A DNA stretch of 64,000 bases from Myxococcota bacterium (GCA_045599585.1 JAZRWH010000088.1:11082-75081), one strand, 5' to 3'; numbered from the stretch's first letter, positions 31,295 to 41,228 are shown. Notes: a model not told the origin generated them from the sequence alone. Translations and numbers: made by a program.

Positions 31295-31750
31295 CTATTT
31301 GGGCTGAGTCATCGATTCAATTTTTTTCGTCAAAAGGCTTTCTTCAGCCTCAAGCTGCTGTACTTCAGCTTCGAGCTTTCCATATTCAGCTTTGAGCGCT
31401 TTGAGTTCAGTTTCTGCATTTAAAGCTTCGACCAATTTTGCGTCTTTCGCAATGCTGACTTCGATGTACTCAAGATAGACACCCGACTTAACGACGAGGC
31501 TCTTGACCTGCTGAAGCTCATTTCTTCCAATCAGAATAAGAGCCTGTTCAATCCATTCAGAAACAGAGGCCATTTCGCTCGAATATTTGAGAGGGTCTTG
31601 GGTTTTCAGTTTGGAAAGACGTGCCTGATAATCATGGATAGATTCACGGTACGAGGCGATATCATCTGCAAATGCAGAAGTTCCTCCAACGATCGACAAA
31701 CCAAATCCCAACAGAAGTACTAAGCCAAACTTCCTTATTTTATTCATCAC
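31295..31750 (-). CDS. Secreted coiled-coil hypothetical protein
   Basis: Signal peptide ending AFA; heptad-rich C-terminus; lies directly upstream of the OmpA gene in the same orientation. Confidence 0.8.
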   Translation of the reverse strand: MMNKIRKFGLVLLLGFGLSIVGGTSAFADDIASYRESIHDYQARLSKLKTQDPLKYSSEMASVSEWIEQALILIGRNELQQVKSLVVKSGVYLEYIEVSIAKDAKLVEALNAETELKALKAEYGKLEAEVQQLEAEESLLTKKIESMTQPK

Positions 31751-31853
31751 CTTGAACTCCTTATAGGGTCAGGAATTGTAAACGTTTCCAGTCGACATGA
31801 TAAGTGTCGGAAGGACAAATGGTCTATAATTTTAGCGCGAACAGCACCGCAAA

Positions 31854-32699
31854 TCATCCCAAAAAAGCGCGAATTGCACCAATTTTAACGGTCGCATCTG
31901 CGCGCCCCAATTCGTACATCTCGAGAATTTTACGAGGATCCTTTTCTAAATGGGCAATATCAACGGATTTAGAGGGACGTAACGCAATACATTGCCCACA
32001 CTGTTCCTGCCTCATAACTTCATCAATCGTTGCATTATAGCGAATATGGCGCGTACGCATAGCCTCGATAAAGGCTGGACTCTTTCGATAAAGAAATTTC
32101 ACAAGCCACGAACACGATTCCGTTTTGCGGTAACCTGATGGTCTCGTCATAACGACGACACACCGGTCAAAACCAAGCTCCTGAAACGCCGTGAGAGGAA
32201 TACTATCGGCAATTCCACCATCTAAAAGCTCGACGCCATCCAGTTTGACTTTTTGAGACAGAAGTGGAAGCGACGCCGAGGCTCTCAAGGCGTCCATTCC
32301 CGTGCCGCGTAGCGAAGGTGTGCGGCGATAATAGGCACCGCCGGTCGCAACATCGGTACAGGTCACGTAAAACTGCGTCTTGGAATTCTCAAACGTGTAA
32401 TGATCAAATGGACAGAGCTCTTCGGGTAGGTCTTGATAACAAAACTGCGTTCCGATATAGGATCCCTTGAAAAGCAGGTTGCGTAAACTGGCAAATCGAG
32501 CATCGCCGGAATAAGCGAGGTAGTAACGTATGCTTCTTCCTGGCTGACAGGATACAAAGGAACAACCGTGAACGGCTCCGGCAGAAACGCCAATGACTCC
32601 GTCAAATCGTATGCCCTTTTCAAAAAGCACGTCTAAAACGCCCGCAGCATAAATGCCGCGTGTTGCTCCGCCTTCTACTACCAATCCAGTCTTTGCCAT
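31854..32699 (-). CDS. Patatin-like phospholipase
   Basis: LVVEGGATRGIYAAGVLD, nucleophile motif GVSAG, DGGIADSIP. Confidence 0.93.
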   Translation of the reverse strand: MAKTGLVVEGGATRGIYAAGVLDVLFEKGIRFDGVIGVSAGAVHGCSFVSCQPGRSIRYYLAYSGDARFASLRNLLFKGSYIGTQFCYQDLPEELCPFDHYTFENSKTQFYVTCTDVATGGAYYRRTPSLRGTGMDALRASASLPLLSQKVKLDGVELLDGGIADSIPLTAFQELGFDRCVVVMTRPSGYRKTESCSWLVKFLYRKSPAFIEAMRTRHIRYNATIDEVMRQEQCGQCIALRPSKSVDIAHLEKDPRKILEMYELGRADATVKIGAIRAFLG

Positions 32700-32937
32700 G
32701 CGTCGTCTCAAACTCTCTGAGCCGCTAACTGCCCTGTTGTGCTTAGAAACCTTAGGTTTCCAGTTTTTGGTCTGTCCTTCTCTATGAAGAACGATGCGAT
32801 TCCTGTTGGGTTATATGCCATGAATCTTGGGTAATTCAAGCAACTTGACCACATACACTTACATTGCTGTTTTCTTTGCATCCGTGCCAAGTCCATCTCA
32901 ACGTCCTCTGTTCAGGTGTTTTGAATTTGTCATTTGA

Positions 32938-33082
32938 GGGGGAAGTGTCCCCCTGAGCGGCTATCTGTTCGCCCCAAGTCCTTCAGCTTTAATGCAATCT
33001 GTTGCGCTTCGTTTGAGTTTAGCTTTGTAAACGCTTTTTTAAGCTATGAACTTGGGCGATACAGATACGCCGCTACCCCCTC
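32938..33082 (-). repeat. REP-like element copy 6 (100-nt insert)
   Basis: GGGGGAAGTGTCCCCCTGAGCGGCTATCTGTTCGCCCCAAGT ... ACTTGGGCGATACAGATACGCCGCTACCCCCTC. Confidence 0.93.
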
Positions 33083-33193
33083 TGAACCTCAGCTAAAGCT
33101 TCGGCATGCATGCTTGCCGTCACTTCTTTGTGCAGAGTAGTTTGATGTTCAGTAGAAATTAAGTTAAAAAGAATGAAAATTTGATTTGTAAAA

Positions 33194-33207
33194 TGAAATT
33201 AAGTTCA
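33194..33207. promoter_or_regulatory. Possible SOS/LexA-type operator upstream of dinB
   Basis: TGAAATTAAGTTCA is one mismatch from GAAC-N4-GTTC; GAAATTAAGTT is repeated at 33155-33165. Confidence 0.4.
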
Positions 33208-33245
33208 CTATTCTAAAAGAGCTTTGAGAGGAGGTCTGAACTGAT

Positions 33246-34484
33246 ATGCGGACGATTTTGCACTGTGACATAAACAATTGTTTTGCAAGCATTGAGATGC
33301 TTCGAGATCCTACGCTTCGAGGCAAAGCCATTGCCGTCTGTGGTAATCCTGCTGAACGACGAGGAATCGTATTAGCAAAGTCCGAAGCTGCAAAAGTGTG
33401 TGGCGTACAAACGGGGGACGCACTTTGGGAAGCAAAACAAAAATGCCCTCATATCATCTTTGTAGAACCGCATTACGATTTGTATGTTCAGTATTCTAGG
33501 GCGATTCGAAAGTACTACGAATCTTTGACGACGCGCGTTGAACCGCTCGGATTAGACGAATGTTGGCTTGACCTTACAAATGACATCCATCGACTTGGAC
33601 GTTCCGGCCTCGAGCTAGGCAATTTTATACGTGAACACGTCAAAAACACTTTTGGACTCACAATTTCTGTTGGTGTCAGCTTTAACAAAGTTTTTGCAAA
33701 ACTTGGTTCGGACTACAGAAAACCCGATGCCGTCACTGAATTTGGATACACCGATTTTAAACGCCGAGTTTGGCCTTTAGAGGCTTCGACGATGTTTGGT
33801 GTAGGACGCGCCACCGGTGCCAAGCTTTCTCGCTTCGGTATTCACACGATCGGAGAACTCGCGCAATGTGACAAGACATTCATTCGCAGTCTGCTTGGAA
33901 AAAACGGTCATTTGTTGTGGTTGTATGCAAATGGATTGGATCAATCTGAGGTCTGCACGCCAAACGAGCTTGCCCCTCGTAAATCTGTCGGACACAGTAC
34001 GACACTTCCCCATGATCTCGTGCATGATCATGAGGTTTGGGCTGTTCTTTTGAGATTGGCTGCTAGAGTCGCAGAGACACTCCGGTGTGAAAATTTTATC
34101 GCACGTGGCATTGCTCTAGGCGTACGCGACAGTTTACTTAAATTCCATCAGTATTTTTATCTCATGAACCAACCGACAGACCTCACACAAACCTTGGCCA
34201 GCTTTGGATTTATGCTTTTCAAACAAAGATACGCGTGGCAATTGCCTGTACATGCAATAGGAATCACAGCGGTACATCTTGAATCACGTAGTATGCCACG
34301 CCAACTCGAACTTTTCGCTTCTAACGCCTACGTGACTTCAAAGGAAATGCAGGCTCGTCCCGCAGAACTTGCGATCTCTCATTTAAATAAAAGTATGGGG
34401 GGAGAGTATCTTCGAAGAGCCACAACGATCGACTGTATTTCAGCGCATCCTACGGGGTTTGGACGTCCCGATGGTTCTGGATGA
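33246..34484 (+). CDS. dinB: DNA polymerase IV
   Basis: [51 protein letters not shown]; GGAGG RBS. Confidence 0.95.
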   Translation: MRTILHCDINNCFASIEMLRDPTLRGKAIAVCGNPAERRGIVLAKSEAAKVCGVQTGDALWEAKQKCPHIIFVEPHYDLYVQYSRAIRKYYESLTTRVEPLGLDECWLDLTNDIHRLGRSGLELGNFIREHVKNTFGLTISVGVSFNKVFAKLGSDYRKPDAVTEFGYTDFKRRVWPLEASTMFGVGRATGAKLSRFGIHTIGELAQCDKTFIRSLLGKNGHLLWLYANGLDQSEVCTPNELAPRKSVGHSTTLPHDLVHDHEVWAVLLRLAARVAETLRCENFIARGIALGVRDSLLKFHQYFYLMNQPTDLTQTLASFGFMLFKQRYAWQLPVHAIGITAVHLESRSMPRQLELFASNAYVTSKEMQARPAELAISHLNKSMGGEYLRRATTIDCISAHPTGFGRPDGSG

Positions 34485-34508
34485 ATCTGTGAGCTGTTTT
34501 AGAAGAAT

Positions 34509-34536
34509 AAAAAAAGGCGTACGCAATGCGTACGCC
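34509..34536 (-). terminator. Intrinsic terminator between convergent genes
   Basis: A7-GGCGTACGCA-A-TGCGTACGCC. Confidence 0.75.
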
Positions 34537-34568
34537 AAGTATAATCGATTTAAAGGGATGGATGGATG

Positions 34569-35081
34569 TTATTCGTCTTCAAAACCACCAAGCTCAGCGA
34601 GTCCGGCAAACTCATCATCGTCATCATCAAACGCGTCATCGTTGCCCAAAACATTTCGCAATTTATCAAGGCCGCTTTTTTCGACTTGTCGAATGCGTTC
34701 ACGCGTGAGATTCAAAAGGATACCCACATCTTCAAGCGTAATACCGCCTCGGTCTGCAACATCCAGCGCGCAGGTTTCTGTCATTTCCCAGACCTCAAGG
34801 TCAGGAAAATTCATCTTGATCGAACCAGACTGAGGTACAATATCAAGATAAAGATGGTACTTACAGCTTACCCACGGACAAGGACGAGGGGCATTTCGAC
34901 ACTCACCACGCGATGTAGGCCGAAACTGTTCGAACGTCTGAAATATTTGTTGAGCCTCTTCGACCTTTTCACGAGGAAGCCCTCTTACCGCGAGTGTCTT
35001 AGAACGACGAAGACCACGCCTGGCACCTCGGCGTGCTGTTGTCGTTCGAATCGGCCGTGATTGGTTTTGTTCGTCAGTCAT
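34569..35081 (-). CDS. Stand-alone sigma-70 region 4 HTH protein with a Cys/His-rich N-terminal motif
   Basis: [29 protein letters not shown] (region 4.2); RPTSRGEC...[12 protein letters not shown]. Confidence 0.88.
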   Translation of the reverse strand: MTDEQNQSRPIRTTTARRGARRGLRRSKTLAVRGLPREKVEEAQQIFQTFEQFRPTSRGECRNAPRPCPWVSCKYHLYLDIVPQSGSIKMNFPDLEVWEMTETCALDVADRGGITLEDVGILLNLTRERIRQVEKSGLDKLRNVLGNDDAFDDDDDEFAGLAELGGFEDE

Positions 35082-35274
35082 CTTGATCCATACATCCTGT
35101 ATGAAAAAAATTTATAAGCGGTATTGACGTGATCAGTGTATACGCCAAAACGCTAATACTTTCGCTTAAAATAGGTGGTTTTGTCAAGCAATAGCGACAC
35201 TAAACACAGTACAAATATTGCCTAAATCAGTGTACGATAGCTCCTGGTTTTTGCCTATCCATTGGAGGATGAAG

Positions 35275-37002
35275 ATGACAGTTTACGACAATACTCTGAA
35301 AACCATTTCTAAAGGCCTTGATCGATTCATTAAAGCTATTAACCGCATGCAAAATCATGCAGAAGAAAATACGAAGTCTCAGGCTGCCCCCCCTGCTGAA
35401 CCCAAGCTCTCGATGAAATTGGCAAAGAGCAACCATGCCCTCATCAAAAGGCTCCTCGATGCACTTAAAGCTGCTTCCGGAAATGCCGAAAACAAAGCCT
35501 TCCGCGAGCACGCAGAATGCTGTGCCCTCATGCTCAATGCCATGCTCTCACTCGCAAATATTCTCGTCGAAAAACACGATAAGTTGCCAATACCAGCTTC
35601 TCCTGATCTTGCCGAAACGCTTGTAAACTGTTGTGAGCAAAAATTGCAGGCGACGGTTGAACTCTCCTACAAAACGCTTAGCCAAGATATTTACGCTGCT
35701 TTCACACTCGTCTTTAACATGTTCGCAATGCGCGACATCATCGTCGCCGCAACATCAGAGATTCGATACAGCGCTGATATGGATCGCGATTTCTTTTACA
35801 TGAAAGAAGATGCGTTCCGACGCTTCGTTGAAGACATGAAAGCGCACGTCAAAATGCTGGGCGCCAACGGCTATGCATTCGAGGCAGACGAATTTAAAGA
35901 TGCAGGACCACGCAAAAATCCTTTTATTCGTCTCTCTGGTACGCTCAGCGATCTTCAGTTCACACGCTCAACAGATCGAAATGCTGATTCCGAAAATTCG
36001 CAGTACATGGGATACGTTCTCATGCACGTACGTGCGCCCGAAGGGACTTATCCTTCTGACTTTGCGGCTGCTTTAACCAAAGATCAAGCCATTCGCTTGC
36101 AACGTCTCTTTGCTGCGTTCTCACTCGCTGACTGCCTTTTCATTCTGGATCATTCAGAAAAATGGCCCCATGCCAATGCGATTTCAACGCAATTACCGCC
36201 TGAAACGCGTATACAAAGAGCCCTCGAAAAGCTGAAATGCGAATTTAAAAATAGTGATAAAGCTGAATCGTTTAAAACGCGAAAAGTTTGGACTGAATTC
36301 GTTGAACACAAAAAAGCGATCTATCAAATTGCTCCGCTCATGCATCCTTTTGATACAAAATGCGATATCGACCGCATGCGTGAGGCTATGATCGATATCG
36401 TCCAAAAAGCTTCTGATGCGGTTGAACCGATATCCTTCCCTGTTTTACTCGAGGTGATTTTAAGGAATGCTGATTACAGAGGCGATGCATTGCGATCCTA
36501 CGATAAAGCTTGCCTCGAAGCACGCGCACAAGCAGACTCTTTCGCAGAGTTCAACAAAATTGCCGATCAGTTTGAAACCGATAACGAAGAATCCGAGCGC
36601 GCCTTTAACGCTATCGTTTCTAAAAACCTCGCTAAGCGCCTTGCCTATATTGCGCCTAGTCGCTACGCTCAAGATCGTGCTCATCGTGTGGTCTCCGTCG
36701 AGCGCAATGCTGATATCGGCAGTGCCATGAATGCACTTCTTCAAGACGTTGGCCTTACTTTGATAAATGCACCAGAATTTGATCAAATTGTTTCATATCA
36801 CAAACAATGCAAAGCCTGGAGTGCCATCCTACCTCCAACGATTGTTCTCGTTGCCGTGGATCTTCCCAAAACGGTTACTTCAAAAGTGTATCTATGCTTG
36901 CTCTCCGCTGACGATGCACGTTTGTTTTCTAACACGGTTACAACGCTCAGTGCGTCGAGTGGCGTGTCGTGCTTTTGCGGTGGTAAATCTTTTAACGCAT
37001 AG
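35275..37002 (+). CDS. Hypothetical alpha-helical protein
   Basis: Long ORF with GGAGG upstream of the ATG at 35275; no family recognised. Confidence 0.75.
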   Translation: MTVYDNTLKTISKGLDRFIKAINRMQNHAEENTKSQAAPPAEPKLSMKLAKSNHALIKRLLDALKAASGNAENKAFREHAECCALMLNAMLSLANILVEKHDKLPIPASPDLAETLVNCCEQKLQATVELSYKTLSQDIYAAFTLVFNMFAMRDIIVAATSEIRYSADMDRDFFYMKEDAFRRFVEDMKAHVKMLGANGYAFEADEFKDAGPRKNPFIRLSGTLSDLQFTRSTDRNADSENSQYMGYVLMHVRAPEGTYPSDFAAALTKDQAIRLQRLFAAFSLADCLFILDHSEKWPHANAISTQLPPETRIQRALEKLKCEFKNSDKAESFKTRKVWTEFVEHKKAIYQIAPLMHPFDTKCDIDRMREAMIDIVQKASDAVEPISFPVLLEVILRNADYRGDALRSYDKACLEARAQADSFAEFNKIADQFETDNEESERAFNAIVSKNLAKRLAYIAPSRYAQDRAHRVVSVERNADIGSAMNALLQDVGLTLINAPEFDQIVSYHKQCKAWSAILPPTIVLVAVDLPKTVTSKVYLCLLSADDARLFSNTVTTLSASSGVSCFCGGKSFNA

Positions 37003-37014
37003 TGTCTGGCCGCG

Positions 37015-37083
37015 CCGCCTATTGCATTCGCAATACGGCGGACGCAAAGCCGCTATTTGCTCTCGCAAATACGCGCCTTTTTT
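37015..37083 (-). repeat. Bulged-hairpin doublet F
   Basis: CCGCC-TATTGC-ATTC-GCAATA-C-GGCGG and GC-TATTTGC-TCTC-GCAAATA-C-GC, followed by a T tract. Confidence 0.8.
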
Positions 37084-37222
37084 ATATTCGGTGGGCGATT
37101 TTGCTCGTAGTTTGAAAATACAAGTAAAAACTTAATATTAAAACTAATGGTGTATTTATAATCGTTAAACGTCGTTGTCGATGCGGTGACGCTAAAGGTG
37201 AGAACCTTTAGGCGTCACCGAA

Positions 37223-37336
37223 GAGGGGGTAGCGGCGTATTGCCAAAGACCAAGGCAGGCGTTTGGATGCATTACGGAATAAGGGGCTATTGTGCCTTGG
37301 GCAATGGCAATAGCCGCTCAGGGGGAGGCTTCCCCC
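37223..37336 (+). repeat. REP-like element copy 7 (69-nt insert)
   Basis: GAGGGGGTAGCGGCGTATTGCCA..CCAAGGCA ... TGCCTTGG..TGGCAATAGCCGCTCAGGGGGAGGCTTCCCCC. Confidence 0.93.
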
Positions 37337-37645
37337 CCACAAAAAAAAGATTTCTTCAAGCTGAACACTGTTGCGTTCGTTCGTAAGTCATAAATTGCCT
37401 GCCATGCTTTTTGGCTAGATACAAAAAGAATGATTTGAATTGTCAAGTGAAACAAATTAAAAAAGAATCAAGAAAAACCTATAAAATTCAATGAATTAAG
37501 AGAATGGAAAGAAAAAAAAACAAATTTTTTGTTTTCAAAAAAAGGCGACTTGTGTAAAAAGTGAGTGTGTTCGAAAGAGAACTTTTGGACGATAAGCCCG
37601 AGACCGAGCGTTTTGCTGGCGGGCAATTACAGACTTTAGTTTTTC

Positions 37646-37796
37646 AAGGCGTAAGTTAGTCGGAATGTGGCGTAGCTGGGTGTAAAGATATTGGTTTAAT
37701 AACGGAGCGGTTGAATGCGCGATCTGTGCATTCGAGCTTTAAACCAAATCTTTGCACCCTAAAACGCGCACCCCGTGTCTAACTTGCGCCTTTTTT
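37646..37796 (+). promoter_or_regulatory. Putative Trp attenuator: long hairpin plus U tract containing a MWRSWV leader peptide
   Basis: ATG TGG CGT AGC TGG GTG TAA at 37665-37685. Pairings 37646-59/37779-92, 37678-89/37748-59 and 37691-98/37740-47. Followed by a T tract just upstream of trpB2. Confidence 0.6.
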
Positions 37797-37827
37797 ATTT
37801 TTTAAATGCCGAAATAGGAGAAAAGCA

Positions 37828-39198
37828 ATGACTGACAAGAAAATCCCTTACAAAATGTACCTCGAAGAATCTGAAATGCCGACGAAATGGTACAACGTTC
37901 GTGCTGACATGAAAGTTAAGCCTGAGCCGCTTGTTAATCCTGGCACTGGCAAACCCATGACGGCAGAAGAACTTGGCCAAGTTTTTTGTGCGGAACTCGT
38001 CGAGCAGGAACTCGACAACGATACGCGCGAAGTTGATATTCCGGAAGAAATCCTTGGCTTTTACAAGATGTATCGTCCAGCTCCGCTCGTTCGTGCTTAT
38101 TGCCTTGAAAAAGCGCTCGGTACGCCTGCCAAGATTTATTATAAATTCGAAGGTAACAATACGTCGGGAAGTCATAAGCTCAATTCGGCAATTGCCCAGG
38201 CTTATTATGCCAAAAAACAGGGCCTCAAAGGTGTGACGACAGAAACGGGCGCCGGTCAGTGGGGCACAGCGCTTTCGATGGCTTGCGCTTACCTTAATCT
38301 CGACTGCAAAGTCTTCATGGTAAAATGCTCTTACGAGCAAAAACCGTTCCGCCGCGAAGTTATGCGTACGTATGGCGCAAGCGTTACGCCCAGCCCTTCG
38401 ATGGAAACAAATGTTGGTCGTGCGATGAATGAGCGTTTCCCCAACAGCACGGGATCGCTCGGTACGGCGATTTCGGAAGCTGTCGAAGTGGCTGTTTCGA
38501 CGCCGGGATATCGCTATGTTTTGGGATCGGTGCTCAATCAAGTTTTGCTCCATCAGTCGATCATCGGTGTCGAAACCAAGATTGCATGTGATAAATACGG
38601 CATTGAACCTGACATCATCATTGGTTGTGCAGGTGGTGGTTCCAACCTCGGTGGTTTGATTGCTCCGTTCATGGGTGAAAAACTCCGTGGCGAAAAAGAT
38701 TATCGTATCATCGCTGTTGAGCCTGCGTCTTGCCCCAGCTTTACGCGTGGTACGTTTGCTTTCGACTTCTGCGACACTGGTATGATCTGCCCGCTCGCCA
38801 AAATGTACACGCTCGGTTCCAGCTTCATTCCGTCTGCAAACCACGCCGGTGGTCTTCGTTTCCACGGTATGAGCCCTGTTCTTTCGCAGCTCTATCATGA
38901 TGGTTATATGGAAGCGCGTTCAGTCGAGCAGACAGCTGTTTTCGAAGCAGCTGAGCAGTTTGCACGTACTGAAGGTATCCTTCCAGCACCTGAATCGAGT
39001 CATGCGATTCGTGCTGCCATTGACGAAGCGCTTAAATGCAAAGAAACAGGCGAAGATAAAACGATCATCTTTGGTCTGACGGGTACGGGTTACTTTGATC
39101 TCTATGCCTACAAACAATTCAACGACAACACGATGACGGATGTCATTCCTACAGATGAAGATATTGCAGCGAGCGTTGCAAAACTTCCTAAAGTCTAA
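37828..39198 (+). CDS. trpB2: TrpB-like PLP-dependent enzyme (tryptophan synthase beta chain 2)
   Basis: SGSHKLNSAIAQAYY, TTETGAGQWG, GSLGTAISEAVE, LGSVLNQVLLHQ, GGGSN, HAGGLRFHG, PAPESSHA. Confidence 0.95.
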   Translation: MTDKKIPYKMYLEESEMPTKWYNVRADMKVKPEPLVNPGTGKPMTAEELGQVFCAELVEQELDNDTREVDIPEEILGFYKMYRPAPLVRAYCLEKALGTPAKIYYKFEGNNTSGSHKLNSAIAQAYYAKKQGLKGVTTETGAGQWGTALSMACAYLNLDCKVFMVKCSYEQKPFRREVMRTYGASVTPSPSMETNVGRAMNERFPNSTGSLGTAISEAVEVAVSTPGYRYVLGSVLNQVLLHQSIIGVETKIACDKYGIEPDIIIGCAGGGSNLGGLIAPFMGEKLRGEKDYRIIAVEPASCPSFTRGTFAFDFCDTGMICPLAKMYTLGSSFIPSANHAGGLRFHGMSPVLSQLYHDGYMEARSVEQTAVFEAAEQFARTEGILPAPESSHAIRAAIDEALKCKETGEDKTIIFGLTGTGYFDLYAYKQFNDNTMTDVIPTDEDIAASVAKLPKV

Positions 39199-39213
39199 TG
39201 TGGCTGTTTGAAT

Positions 39214-39246
39214 AAAAAAGGCCAGGCATAGCGCCTGGCCTTTTTT
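39214..39246. terminator. Bidirectional intrinsic terminator
   Basis: AAAAAAGGCCAGGC-ATAGC-GCCTGGCCTTTTTT. Confidence 0.88.
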
Positions 39247-39309
39247 GTATCTTAAGTGATTGAAGCTTAGTCAGTTGGTGTGTGATGAGAAGGGGAATCT
39301 TTTGTGATT

Positions 39310-40458
39310 TTACAAAAGTCGTGAAATGTTCTTTTGGAGGGCTTCATTGGTGCCACCTCCAATCGAAAGTAGAATGGCATCGCGGTGGAGGCGTTCAACA
39401 GGGTAGCCTTTACTGTAGCCGTTTGCGCCCAATACTTGGATTGCTGTTCGGCTGACGAATTCGCCCATTTCTGTACAAGCGAGTTTGACAGCATCTGCAT
39501 CGAGTGAAGCGGAGGGCTCTCCGTCGAGCAAGGCTTCGAGTGTGTTGTATAAGAAACACCTACATGCAGAAAATTTTGCATAACATTCTGAAATAAGGCG
39601 TTGTATTTGTCCAAAATCCGCAATGGGTTTGCCGAAAGCATGGCGTTCGCGCATATATTTTTTCATGATTTGAAGGCAGGTATGCGCGAGTCCGCAAGAT
39701 TCGGCTGCGAGTCCGAGTCGTTCAATGGCGAGGTTACGGAGCATGGGACGCAGTCCGTGATTGAGTTCACCGACGAGTGCGTCTGCAGGCAGATGGCAAT
39801 GATCAAAGGTCAGTGCTCCTGTTGGACTAGAGCGCATGCCCATTTTTTCTTCAGGCAAGCCTCTGACGAGTCCAGGACAACTGCTTTCTACTAAAAAAAG
39901 GCTAAGGTCGCGTCGACCTTCGCCAGTACGAGCATAGACCAAAAAAGCATCACCGACGGGAGCATTGGTGATCCACATTTTAGATCCGTTCATCATAAAC
40001 GAACCATCTTCTAAACGTTCTGCGGTGGTGTGCATGCCTAGGACATCAGTTCCTGCGTCTGGTTCAGTCATGGCCATACCGGCAAGGGGTCTTTTTTGTA
40101 GGAGCTTGGCATGTCGTGGTGGAATTGTAGAGCCGTTGGCCGACCAAGTTCGATAGAGCTGATGTGTAAAAAGCAGTTCTTGTGCCAGATAACTCATTGA
40201 AAAAGCAGGATCGACTTCGGCTAAAGCTTCGATGACGATAACTGTTGCTGCTTCATCAAGTCCGGCACCGCCGAGGTTTTCGGGCAAAGTCATGCCTGTG
40301 ACGCCGAGTTCTGTGTTTAATCGATCAAACAGGGCAGCATCAAAACGTCCTTCGGCGTCGCGAGCACCAGCTTGAGGTTCGAGGTTGGCCCGTGCCCAGG
40401 CACGCACTGTTTCACGAAGGGTTACGTGTATTTCACTTTTATCAAAACGCGAAGACAT
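39310..40458 (-). CDS. Acyl-CoA dehydrogenase (isovaleryl-CoA dehydrogenase-like)
   Basis: AMTEPDAGTDV, NGSKMWITNAP, KMGMRSSPT, RHAFGKPIADFGQIQ, IQVLGANGY, IGGGTNE. Confidence 0.93.
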   Translation of the reverse strand: MSSRFDKSEIHVTLRETVRAWARANLEPQAGARDAEGRFDAALFDRLNTELGVTGMTLPENLGGAGLDEAATVIVIEALAEVDPAFSMSYLAQELLFTHQLYRTWSANGSTIPPRHAKLLQKRPLAGMAMTEPDAGTDVLGMHTTAERLEDGSFMMNGSKMWITNAPVGDAFLVYARTGEGRRDLSLFLVESSCPGLVRGLPEEKMGMRSSPTGALTFDHCHLPADALVGELNHGLRPMLRNLAIERLGLAAESCGLAHTCLQIMKKYMRERHAFGKPIADFGQIQRLISECYAKFSACRCFLYNTLEALLDGEPSASLDADAVKLACTEMGEFVSRTAIQVLGANGYSKGYPVERLHRDAILLSIGGGTNEALQKNISRLL

Positions 40459-41215
40459 CGAATTCTCCTTTTTCTGGGCGTTTATACTGTGCTCCTAAAA
40501 GAACAGAGTATTGTTTAAGTGTCGAAAGCTCAAAACGTTCAGTTGGTGTTGCTTCAAGCGTCTCGGCGTCAAGGCGTTTTAGAACGAAGGAAACGTCAGG
40601 TTCAGCGTCATTTGAAATGATCAGCTGATTGGGCATGGCATTAGTCGTATCAATTTTACCGCGTGCTGTTACGACCAATTTGGGATCGAGTGTGCGTATG
40701 GTAACTAAAACTTCGTTACCGAGTTCAAACACTTCGAGCGTATGTCCTAAGGTTGTTCGATAAAAGCCCTGAAACGAGCCGGGAGTTTCGATTAAGATTG
40801 CCTGATTGACCTGAAGCGTAATCGTTTCGGCCCGATCACTTGTCGATTGTACATAAGCTTCTTGTACTGTTTTACCTGTTTTGAGGATAGCATTTAAGTC
40901 GCGTCCTCGGCCTTGGGTGAGCCATCTTTTTTGAGCTGCTTCTAAGCGGGCATATTGGGTTTCAGAAAGTATTTCTTTGGCATTAGCCATAGCTTTTGAG
41001 AGCGCTTCGTCAGCTGAATTACCTTTATGAACGTTATTAAGGATGTTTTCGCGCATCGAATGTTGACGATCGATTTCTTCCTGCGTCAATCCTTCTTCAC
41101 CTGTCACGACGAGTGCAATTTTTTCTTCATCCGTCATTTGATCATAGGGTTTTTGTGTTTTGCATGATGCACAGATAAAGCAGAGCATCAAAAGTATGAT
41201 GGTAAAATTTTTCAT
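40442..41215 (-). CDS. Hypothetical lipoprotein
   Basis: MKNFTIILLMLCFICASC lipobox; stop overlaps the start of the downstream gene. Confidence 0.78.
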   Translation of the reverse strand: MKNFTIILLMLCFICASCKTQKPYDQMTDEEKIALVVTGEEGLTQEEIDRQHSMRENILNNVHKGNSADEALSKAMANAKEILSETQYARLEAAQKRWLTQGRGRDLNAILKTGKTVQEAYVQSTSDRAETITLQVNQAILIETPGSFQGFYRTTLGHTLEVFELGNEVLVTIRTLDPKLVVTARGKIDTTNAMPNQLIISNDAEPDVSFVLKRLDAETLEATPTERFELSTLKQYSVLLGAQYKRPEKGEFDVFAF

Positions 41216-41228
41216 AGACATAAAATGG

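Noticed and set aside
37795-38898. 367-aa antisense ORF opposite trpB2 (and similar ones opposite gltC, pgm and rnj)
   Set aside because: Antisense shadow ORFs explained by codon bias of the real genes; no recognisable motifs.
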